Of a DNA stretch of 40,948 nt, positions 1 through 7,357 are shown in pieces. The stretch is from Verrucomicrobiota bacterium (GTDB lineage Bacteria > Verrucomicrobiota > Verrucomicrobiia > Limisphaerales > SXQI01), in assembly GCA_033762115.1 (NCBI GenBank), contig JANRLX010000024.1, positions 1 through 40,948 on the forward strand, in the 5' to 3' direction. The notes beneath the pieces were generated by a model that saw only the letters and a program-made list of their open reading frames with translations, ran no database searches and was not told where the DNA came from. Every line of letters starts with the position of its first letter. Within the stretch, counting starts at the first letter, position 1. Made by a program: the position numbers and the translations under genes.

Positions 1-28
1 TTTTGATATGGTGTTCGGTGGTGGTCAT
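1..28 (-). CDS. Possible 5' end of a gene running off the left edge (MTTTEHHIK...), product unknown
   Basis: ATG at 28 with an open frame to the window edge, preceded by about 390 bp with no convincing CDS, divergent from cutA. Only 9 codons are visible. Confidence 0.3.
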
Positions 29-416
29 AGGTTTGGGGACTGCTCCGGTGGGTCACGGGCATGGTCATGGGGTGGACCGGAGACTGGTCTTTTTTGTGGT
101 TGTTGTTGGCTGGAGGGTGGCGGTGCTTGAATCAAGCGGGGGGCCATCGAACGAGTTGCCGTGGAGGAGAGATCAACGGGGACTTGTTCCAGGGCCGTGA
201 CAATTTTCAAGCGCAGCGGGTGGCTGCGTGAGGCCATCTGCCAGTGGGTTTATGTTGTTTTGACTAGTTATCTATTTTTCAAGTTTTCCTTTCCGGGGAT
301 GAGAGTGGCAGTTTTGGTGGAAGCTGTCAACTAAAACAGTTGTATTTGAGAACAGGTATTGAAAAGCCATTTTCCTCTTGTGGTGTGATGAATGGTTGGG
401 ATTGGGTTCTGTGAAT

Positions 417-749
417 ATGAAATCGGGTTATTGCATTGCGTTTGTGACAGCGCCTGACCTTGAGACGGGGCGAAAAATTGCCCGGGCAGCGCTGGCAGGG
501 AAGGTGGCGGCTTGCGCGAATATCGTGCCGCAGGTGGAGTCGCATTACTGGTGGCAGGGAAAGATCGAGAGCAGCGCGGAGGTGCTGGTGCTGTTCAAGA
601 CGAGTGATGGGTTGGTTTCAGCGTTGGAGGAAGTGGTGGTGAGGAACCATCCGTATGACACGCCGGAGTTCGTGGTGGTGGAGATTAAGAGAGGGTCGGA
701 GAAGTATTTGAAATGGCTGGGTGGGAGTGTGGAGGGGGAGGAGGGGTGA
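417..749 (+). CDS. cutA: Divalent-cation tolerance protein CutA
   Basis: Motifs AACANI, SHYWWQGKIE, E-x-L-x-x-x-KT and HPYDTPE; 110 aa from ATG 417 (the track start at 378 is probably too far upstream). Confidence 0.93.
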   Translation: MKSGYCIAFVTAPDLETGRKIARAALAGKVAACANIVPQVESHYWWQGKIESSAEVLVLFKTSDGLVSALEEVVVRNHPYDTPEFVVVEIKRGSEKYLKWLGGSVEGEEG

Positions 750-760
750 GGTTTTGGAGT

Positions 761-849
761 TTGGAAGCGACTACGGATTTGAAGCAGCGTCCTGGCGGAA
801 TCCCGGACGAGTGTCACAGCAAGTTGTCCATATATAAGATGGCTTCCAA
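761..849. mobile_element. Decayed, internally deleted copy of the MITE at 29526-29691
   Basis: Ends TTGGAAGC (761-768) and GCTTCCAA (842-849). AAGCAGCGTCCTGGCGG and CAAGTTGTCCATATATAAGATGGCTTCCA align with AAGCAGCGCCTTGCGG and CAAGTTGTCCATTTATGAGATGACTTCTA of the intact copy. Confidence 0.8.
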
Positions 850-884
850 CAGAAATCTTTGGTTTGCTGGAGTCCAATGAGGAT

Positions 885-1301
885 ATGAAATTACAATTAT
901 TCTGCCTTTGTGATTTTGCTTCGGTTGATCCGGTGTCTTCCAAGATGAACGTCATCGGGATGTTCGACAGAATTTATGCGGCAACGACCCCGGCCATACA
1001 CAATTTGTGCGCAGTGGCCGGGAAAGTTTTATTCGATCAAGAGGAGGGAGGAGATAAAAAAATCAAAATTACATTTACAGCGCCTGATGGAAGTCCTTTT
1101 GTTCCAGCGCTTGAATCTTCGCTCCCAGTAAATCATGAGGAGGGACGATCTTCCATCCAGTTTGCTGTACTGATGTCGCAGATAAAGTTGCTGACCTTTG
1201 GGCAGTATTCAATCGACCTTGAGATTGAAGGTAAACACGTTGCTTCTGCGATCCTGCAAGTAATGAAATCGGCTGCTGTGCCCCAGTCGCAACCAGCGTA
1301 A
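885..1301 (+). CDS. DUF6941-like beta-sandwich protein
   Basis: N-terminal LCDFA...KMNVIGMFDRI and C-terminal GQYSIDLEIEG pattern typical of DUF6941; GAGGA SD before ATG 885; low GC. Confidence 0.75.
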   Translation: MKLQLFCLCDFASVDPVSSKMNVIGMFDRIYAATTPAIHNLCAVAGKVLFDQEEGGDKKIKITFTAPDGSPFVPALESSLPVNHEEGRSSIQFAVLMSQIKLLTFGQYSIDLEIEGKHVASAILQVMKSAAVPQSQPA

Positions 1302-1476
1302 GAATTTGAGTTGGCTGGCGATGCCGGGCGCGCAGGGGGGCCATCGCTTCGCTTCTGTCCCTCAATTTTTCGAGAATTTCAAGCTTCCGCTCGATGGGAA
1401 GCGCGGCAAGCTGCTTCCGGCCTCGCGCTTTGGCCTCAAGAACGCTTTTTAAAACATCATCTATTTCTTGATTCAT
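1075..1476 (-). CDS. Small helical partner (putative antitoxin) of the upstream nucleotidyltransferase; C-terminus extends antisense into the DUF6941 gene
   Basis: ATGA overlap (1476-1473) with the NTase stop; N-terminal ~55 aa charged amphipathic helix (KARGRKQLAALPIERKLEILEKLRDR). The first in-frame stop is at 1075. Confidence 0.55.
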   Translation of the reverse strand: MNQEIDDVLKSVLEAKARGRKQLAALPIERKLEILEKLRDRSEAMAPLRARHRQPTQILTLVATGAQQPISLLAGSQKQRVYLQSQGRLNTAQRSATLSATSVQQTGWKIVPPHDLLGAKIQALEQKDFHQAL

Positions 1477-1982
1477 AGAATTTTTTGCCGATGCGCGTTC
1501 CATTTCTCGATCAGCCCATGCCTCTGAAGTATCGGCATGAGATACGTTTCATCAAAGGCTTCCTCCGAGATGAATTGATCAATCCGATTGTAATCCTTTG
1601 GGCGCCCTAACTTAAGAGCAATGGCCATCAGGTGCTCGGCTGTCATCACCCAGGTTTCCGCATCATATATTGACACGCGCACGGCTGCCGAAAGAGCCTC
1701 ATCCAGGAGCGCGTCATGGGTCGGTAGAAATTGGACTTTCCATCCCTCAATCATGATGTGCTCCTCAACGGACTGGTAACCTTTGGCCTGGAGGTATTCA
1801 TAGATGGGGCTCAAGCTGACCAAAAGACCAGGCTGAACTTTTTTGAATGAGATAAAAATATCAATATCGAATGTCGCAAGAGGTTCAAGGTAAACCGTAG
1901 CCCCAACTGCTCCGCCTATTGCATAATTCCCGATAATACCATCTGCACGCATTTTTTCGATAACTTCAAGCGTTGCTTTCAT
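1473..1982 (-). CDS. Minimal nucleotidyltransferase-fold protein (DUF6036/AbiEii-like; putative toxin-antitoxin component)
   Basis: YAIGGAVGA...T-F-D-I-D (GG plus DxD Pol-beta superfamily motif) and C-terminal K-x-x-R-x-K-D (KLGRPKD); SD GGAGGA at 1990-1985. Confidence 0.75.
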   Translation of the reverse strand: MKATLEVIEKMRADGIIGNYAIGGAVGATVYLEPLATFDIDIFISFKKVQPGLLVSLSPIYEYLQAKGYQSVEEHIMIEGWKVQFLPTHDALLDEALSAAVRVSIYDAETWVMTAEHLMAIALKLGRPKDYNRIDQFISEEAFDETYLMPILQRHGLIEKWNAHRQKIL

Positions 1983-1998
1983 TATCCTCCCTGCGAAT

Positions 1999-2027
1999 AC
2001 GGTAGCACATTAATGGGCTTATTCCAA
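1999..2027 (-). promoter_or_regulatory. Putative sigma70 promoter of the NTase operon
   Basis: TTGGAA (2027-2022), 17 bp spacer, extended -10 TGnTACCGT (hexamer 2004-1999). Confidence 0.45.
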
Positions 2028-2029
2028 CA

Positions 2030-2049
2030 CTTGTGAAAAAATTCACAAG
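2030..2049. promoter_or_regulatory. Perfect Rex-type (also CRP/FNR-compatible) operator palindrome
   Basis: CTTGTGAA-AAAA-TTCACAAG matches TTGTGAA-N4-TTCACAA exactly; it lies between the divergent NTase and ndh genes. Confidence 0.65.
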
Positions 2050-2197
2050 CTAATTTTCAGGAGCAATACACAATTCCAGGAGGGTTCTCTCCACCGAAAA
2101 TTCTGGCAGAGCTTCATCCGAAATCGCCTGCGGCATGGCCTGAAAGTGGCAGGCGGGGTTGCTTGCCAAAAGTTGGGGTTATCGTGAGAGTAAGGGC

Positions 2198-3523
2198 ATG
2201 GAGAGCAGAAAACGGCGGATCGTAGTTCTGGGGGCCGGTTTTGCGGGGCTTACATTTTGCCAGACGTTTAATCATCCGGATGCGGAGGTGATCCTGATCG
2301 ACCGGCAGAATCATCATCTGTTCCAGCCATTGCTTTACCAGGTGGCAACAGCGGGGTTGTCGGCCCCGGAGATTGCGCAGCCGATCCGGGGGATTTTATC
2401 GGATGAAGAGGCTGTGACGGTGTTGCTGGAGCAGGTGAAGGATATCCGGCTGGGGAGCAGGGAGGTGGAACTTGAGAAGCAGGTGATCGGGTATGATTAC
2501 CTGGTGATGGGTTTGGGAGGGGCGACGAGTTATTTTGGTCATCCTGAATGGGCTGAATTTGCGCCGGGGTTGAAATCGCTGGATGATGCGTTGCATATCC
2601 GGCGGCATGTGTTGTGGGCTTTTGAAAAAGCGGAGACTGCGACAAGCGCCGAGGAGCGGGAACGGCTAATGACGATTGTGGTGGTGGGAGGGGGACCGAC
2701 GGGAGTGGAGCTGGCGGGGGCATTCGCGGAGCTGGCGCGGCATGTTTTGAGGTGTGATTTCAGGAGGATTGACCCGGCTCAGGCGCGAGTCATTTTGATC
2801 GAGGCGAGCCCGGTGGTGCTTTCGCATTTGCCGGCGGGGCTTGCGGAGAGTGCGCAGCGGCAGCTGGCTGACCTGGGGGTGGAGATACGGACGAACACAC
2901 GTGTGACGGCGTTGCGGGAGAAGGTGGTGGAAACGACGAGCGGAACGATCCACGCGGAGAATATCATCTGGGCGGCGGGAGTGGCGGCAAATCCATTAAC
3001 GAGGAAGCTGGGGGTGGAACTGGACCGTGCGGGAAGGGTGAAGGTGGCTCCGGACCTGAGTGTCCCGGGTTATCCGGAAGCGTTTGCGATTGGGGACATG
3101 GCTTACCTGGTGGATGCGAAAGGTGTGCTGGTGCCGGGGGTTTCGCCGGCGGCGATGCAGATGGCAGAACATGTGGCAGAGATGATCAGGGAGGAGTTGA
3201 ATTCCCCGGCGGCACGGGAGCGACGGATGCCATTTGTGTATTGGGACAAGGGAACGATGGCGACGATTGGACGAAGCCGGGCGGTGGCAAAGATCAAGGA
3301 TTTTGAGTTTACGGGGTTCCCGGCCTGGATGGCGTGGCTGGGGGTGCATTTGCTGTTCCTGATTGGTTTCCGAAATAAAATCGCGGTGGTCCTGCAGTGG
3401 GTGTATTCCTATTTCACTTACAAGCGGGGTTCGCGAATCATCACGGGACTGGAGGAGGAGAAGAAAAACAGGGTGATTGAGGCGACGAAACCGGCAATAC
3501 CAGTGGCGGTGCAGAAGGTTTGA
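2198..3523 (+). CDS. ndh: Type II NADH:quinone oxidoreductase (NDH-2)
   Basis: GAGFAG FAD motif, HHLFQPLLYQVATA, GGGPTGVELAG NADH motif, WAAGV, AIGD, DKGTMATIGR; ATG 2198. Confidence 0.92.
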   Translation: MESRKRRIVVLGAGFAGLTFCQTFNHPDAEVILIDRQNHHLFQPLLYQVATAGLSAPEIAQPIRGILSDEEAVTVLLEQVKDIRLGSREVELEKQVIGYDYLVMGLGGATSYFGHPEWAEFAPGLKSLDDALHIRRHVLWAFEKAETATSAEERERLMTIVVVGGGPTGVELAGAFAELARHVLRCDFRRIDPAQARVILIEASPVVLSHLPAGLAESAQRQLADLGVEIRTNTRVTALREKVVETTSGTIHAENIIWAAGVAANPLTRKLGVELDRAGRVKVAPDLSVPGYPEAFAIGDMAYLVDAKGVLVPGVSPAAMQMAEHVAEMIREELNSPAARERRMPFVYWDKGTMATIGRSRAVAKIKDFEFTGFPAWMAWLGVHLLFLIGFRNKIAVVLQWVYSYFTYKRGSRIITGLEEEKKNRVIEATKPAIPVAVQKV

Positions 3524-3622
3524 GCGAATAACCTTGCAGTGATGAGAGCCGGGGGCTTTTCTGGTTTGCCCATGCCTCGACCCAAAACAATCAGAGAACG
3601 TCCGAAAGGGGCGCAATCATCC

Positions 3623-6037
3623 ATGCTGCCGGGAAGAGATGGGAACAGAAGGTGGCTGTTGTCGTTTTTGTTTTTTGCTTCGGGTGCAATCGGGCTGGTC
3701 TATGAGATGATCTGGCAACGGCGGTTTTCGCTACTTTTTGGGAGTGCGGCAACTTCGACGGCAATTATCCTCGCGAGTTATTTTCTTGGGCTTGGGCTTG
3801 GCAGCTTTTTTCTGGGGAGGATGTTAAAGCGGATTTCGAGGCCGCTAATGGCTTATGCGATCCTGGAAGGGGTTGCGGGGATTGGGGCGTTGCTGGTGGA
3901 ACCGATGATTTCATGGTACGAGACATTTTATGGAGGATTGGGGCTGGAGGGAGGAAGGCTGATTGCGGTTAAGGGAATGATGGCGTTCGTAGCGATTGCG
4001 ATTCCGACGATCGCATTGGGCGGGACATTGCCTGCGCTGGGGCAACTGGTGAGTGAAGGGGGGGAACACCTGGGAATTCATGTGGGATGGCTTTATGTGT
4101 TGAACACGGCGGGAGCGGCATTGGGAGCGCTGGCGTTTCCTTATTTTTTGCTGCCGGGATTTGGGATGAGCAGTTCGAACTGGCTTTGTGCCGGGACAAA
4201 TTTTGCGATTGCAGGGCTGGCGGTGATGTTGAGCCGACGAACGGGAAAAATGCCGGTGAAGCCGCCGAAGATGGAACGGGCTGGAACTGGAGGGTTGCTG
4301 GCAGGCCTGGCGATGTGGTCAGGATTCCTGTTGTTTGCGTTGCAGGTGTTGTGGAACCGGGCATTTGCGCAGGTGCATGAGAATTCGCTGGGAGCGTTCG
4401 CGGTGGTGGCGGCGTTGTTCATTGTGGGGATTGCGCTTGGGAGTGAACTGGCGCGGTTCCTGATCAAGCGGGGGATTTCATTCAAGCGGTCGTTCACAGC
4501 GCTATGGGTGAGCGGAGGTGTGTTGTTAATCGCGGCTCCGGCGTTATTTGTTCGATTCACAAAAGAATTGGGGAAGATGGGGGAGATTTCGGCGGGGAAT
4601 TTGATGAGTGAAGCGGTTGGGTGGCCGATGGGGATGATGTTGCTGGTGGTGATTTTTTTGTCGGGAGGGTTGCCGCTGTTCCTGGAGCATCTGAGCGGGC
4701 AGAGGGGTGGCAGTGGAACGGGAGAGATTGTGGGAAAGGTGATGGCGATGAATGCGGCAGGGTCGGTGACAGGGGCTCTGGTGGCGGGATTTATTTTGCC
4801 AGCGGGGTTGGGGATGTGGAAGAGCATCGTCGTGATCGGAACGGTTTGCGCGTTGACGCCGATGCTGGTGATTCGACGGGGTTTGGTGGTGCAGGCGATT
4901 TCTGTGGTCGTGATCGTCTTGCTGGGAGGGTTGCATCTGTTGAAAGAGTTGCCGCGGGTGGGATTGGTAGGAGATGAAAAATTACTGGCGGTGAGGGAAG
5001 GGGCGCACGGAATTTCAGCGGTGGTGGAACGCAGCGGGTGGCGAAGCCTGAAGTTGAATAATCATTATGGCCTGGGAGGGAGTTACGCGACAGGTGATGA
5101 ACGAATGCAGGCGCATCTGCCGTTGTTGTTGCATGGAAAGGCTGAGAAGGTGGTGTTTCTGGGGTATGGGACGGGGATCACGGCAGGGGGAGGGATTTAT
5201 CATGGAACAAGTCAATTGACGGCAGTGGAATTGGTGCCGGAGGTGGTTTCACTGGCAGGGGAGTTTTTCAAGGAGGAGAACAATGGGTTCGGATCACGGA
5301 GGAATACCGAGGTGGTGGTGGATGATGCCCGGCATTACATGAAGGGAACGAGGGAGCGGTTCGATGTGATTGTGGGGGACCTGGTGGTGCCGTGGAGGAC
5401 GGGTGAAAGCGCGTTGTATACGCTGGAACATTTTCGGGCAGGGCATGAGAAATTAAACCCGGGAGGAGTGTATTGCGCGTGGGTGCCGATGTTCCAGCTA
5501 ACGCGAAAGGAGTTCGAGATATTGTTGAGGACGTACCTGGCGGTTTTTCCAAAAGCGTACCTGTTCAGAGGGGATTTTTCACCGGAAGAACCAGCGCTGG
5601 CGCTGGTGGGATTGCGTGATGGAGCAGAGATAGGCGCGATTCCGGAGGAACGATTTGGCAGAGCGGCGTCAGACCCGATGAATGGGCACCTGGCACATTC
5701 GAGCGCGTTCTGGATGTATTACATCGGGGTGATTGGGCGGGGAGATGCAGTGGTGGAGGATGGAAAATTGCACACGGAGGATAAACCGTGGCTGGAGTTG
5801 TTGTCGGGGCGGGGGAGGAAAATGTTCACTGGAAGGGAGTTGAAGGGGTGGCAGGAGACAGTGTTGGCCCGGAGCGGTTTTCCTGTGGGAGCGGAAAACG
5901 GGGCGAGAGCAGGGTTGTTGATGATGGAATTTACGCTGGCGATTTCGGAGGGAAGAATGGAAGAGGCAAAAGCTGTTCAAGGACAGATTCTGAGTTTACT
6001 CGGAGCAGCAGCAGGGGAGGCGGTATTTGGAAAATAA
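3623..6037 (+). CDS. Fused MFS-like membrane domain / spermidine-synthase-like SAM-binding domain protein
   Basis: About 13 hydrophobic segments (SGAIGLVYEMIW...YVLNTAGA) followed by a Rossmann-type domain: FLGYGTGITAG, VELVPEV, DDARHY, FDVIVGD. Start uncertain (3539-3623). Confidence 0.85.
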   Translation: MLPGRDGNRRWLLSFLFFASGAIGLVYEMIWQRRFSLLFGSAATSTAIILASYFLGLGLGSFFLGRMLKRISRPLMAYAILEGVAGIGALLVEPMISWYETFYGGLGLEGGRLIAVKGMMAFVAIAIPTIALGGTLPALGQLVSEGGEHLGIHVGWLYVLNTAGAALGALAFPYFLLPGFGMSSSNWLCAGTNFAIAGLAVMLSRRTGKMPVKPPKMERAGTGGLLAGLAMWSGFLLFALQVLWNRAFAQVHENSLGAFAVVAALFIVGIALGSELARFLIKRGISFKRSFTALWVSGGVLLIAAPALFVRFTKELGKMGEISAGNLMSEAVGWPMGMMLLVVIFLSGGLPLFLEHLSGQRGGSGTGEIVGKVMAMNAAGSVTGALVAGFILPAGLGMWKSIVVIGTVCALTPMLVIRRGLVVQAISVVVIVLLGGLHLLKELPRVGLVGDEKLLAVREGAHGISAVVERSGWRSLKLNNHYGLGGSYATGDERMQAHLPLLLHGKAEKVVFLGYGTGITAGGGIYHGTSQLTAVELVPEVVSLAGEFFKEENNGFGSRRNTEVVVDDARHYMKGTRERFDVIVGDLVVPWRTGESALYTLEHFRAGHEKLNPGGVYCAWVPMFQLTRKEFEILLRTYLAVFPKAYLFRGDFSPEEPALALVGLRDGAEIGAIPEERFGRAASDPMNGHLAHSSAFWMYYIGVIGRGDAVVEDGKLHTEDKPWLELLSGRGRKMFTGRELKGWQETVLARSGFPVGAENGARAGLLMMEFTLAISEGRMEEAKAVQGQILSLLGAAAGEAVFGK

Positions 6038-6067
6038 AATGGCGGCCCGGAAAACCGGAACCGCCAT
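6031..6067 (-). terminator. Rho-independent terminator for the minus-strand beta-barrel gene
   Basis: Minus strand reads ATGGCGGTTCCGG-TTTT-CCGGGCCGCCAT followed by TTTATTTT. Confidence 0.75.
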
Positions 6068-6100
6068 CACTGGGAGGAACTTTAGTTGCCGATAGGAAAT

Positions 6101-7141
6101 TTAAAAGCGATAGGAGATGCTGCCGTTGACGGTAAAGTCAGCGAAGGCGGCATCACCGGTGGTTGCGGCATTATAGGTGCGCTGGCGGTTTCGTTCGACC
6201 GCGACGGGGGTTGTGAGGGTGGCAAAGAATCTTTTATGGGTGTAGGTAAAGCCCGGTTCAATTGAAATGGCGTAGCCGGGGCGGCGGGTTCCGAGGCTGC
6301 CACCAATCAAATCTTCAGGAGGGACCCCTTCAATGCGGCCACCAAGGGTGAAGGAGATGCCATATTTGGGGAGGATGAGGTAATCAAACCCGATTCGGGC
6401 CAGATAGGAATCAGGAACAGAAAAACGGGTTTCCTCGATTCGTTCGCGAGGATTGATCAGGTAGGAGGCGTTCATGTAGCCGGAGAGGTTTCCGGCAATG
6501 TGAAGGTAGCCCTGGGTTTCGAGAATGATTCCCCAACCGCCATCGCCCGGTTGGATGGAGGAATCGACATATCGGATGACGGTGGTGTTGGAACTGGTGC
6601 CGAAAGTGTCGGTGGCTTTGTAATCACCTGTGGGAGCCTTGACACCGAGGCCGAAGGAGATATTGCCCTTTTTTGCTTCCGTGGGGTTGAATATCCAGTA
6701 ACTGCCGACGAGGCGGACGTCTGCCAGGCCGCCTGCCTGGGTGTGGCCGCGCTGGATGCGGCCATGCTCGTAAAGGGAGGAGCGGTCGGAGTGAACAAAA
6801 GGAATGGTGAGGCTGACCCAGAGTTGGTCGGTGGCGGCGTAGGTGGCTGTAAGATCAATAAAATGAGTGTCATTGATGACTTCGGTGCCATCGAATTTGC
6901 GATGCTTCTGCTCGTTACGGCCAACGAAATGGCGATCTGAACGGAGCCAGCGGTAGGCGACTGTTCCCTGCCAGTCGCCTTCATGGAGGAGACCTTCGCT
7001 GCCGTGGATTCCCAGGGGGCAGGCGCCGCCACGGGCAATAACGCAGCCTTGGGAGAAGGCAGATTGAACGGAAATGAGGAGGAGCAGAAGTGCGACGATT
7101 TTGGGTCCGGAGATCCAGCGTGTGAGATGGTTGTTGTTCAT
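6101..7141 (-). CDS. Outer-membrane beta-barrel 'transporter' (COG4313/SphA/MetA-pathway-like)
   Basis: Signal peptide ending SAFS/Q, GGLADVRL, GLGVKAPTG, IQPGDGGW, amphipathic strands and a C-terminal YRF BAM signal. Start probably ATG 7141 (MNNNH). Confidence 0.7.
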   Translation of the reverse strand: MNNNHLTRWISGPKIVALLLLLISVQSAFSQGCVIARGGACPLGIHGSEGLLHEGDWQGTVAYRWLRSDRHFVGRNEQKHRKFDGTEVINDTHFIDLTATYAATDQLWVSLTIPFVHSDRSSLYEHGRIQRGHTQAGGLADVRLVGSYWIFNPTEAKKGNISFGLGVKAPTGDYKATDTFGTSSNTTVIRYVDSSIQPGDGGWGIILETQGYLHIAGNLSGYMNASYLINPRERIEETRFSVPDSYLARIGFDYLILPKYGISFTLGGRIEGVPPEDLIGGSLGTRRPGYAISIEPGFTYTHKRFFATLTTPVAVERNRQRTYNAATTGDAAFADFTVNGSISYRF

Positions 7142-7357
7142 GCGTGAATGTCTGTATTGCTTACAAGTGCTATCAGGGTTGGGTTGATCTTTGCAGAAAA
7201 TGGCCAAAGGAGAGCAAAATAGTGATGTAAGAGGCCTGATGGGTGGCGAAAACCTGCTTTTAAGGGGTGAAATGCTGGAACTGGTTGAGCCTGAGGAGGA
7301 GAGGGGCCGCAACATTTTAACATCGCCACGCTGGCAGGCAGTTCTTACAAAGACGGT

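Noticed and set aside
2125..2155. Hairpin CGCCTGC...GCAGGCG upstream of ndh
   Set aside because: Only a 7-bp stem with a large loop, no U-tract and no second copy in the window; cannot be called a terminator or REP.
4141..4936. Several long minus-strand ORFs (and similar ones throughout the window)
   Set aside because: Pro/Ser/His-rich shadows caused by the G-rich codon bias of real genes on the opposite strand.
7142..7315. 58-aa upstream extension of the barrel ORF, and GG-N9/10-GC motifs in this spacer
   Set aside because: The signal peptide begins after ATG 7141. The sigma54-like matches have wrong spacing or a poor consensus.
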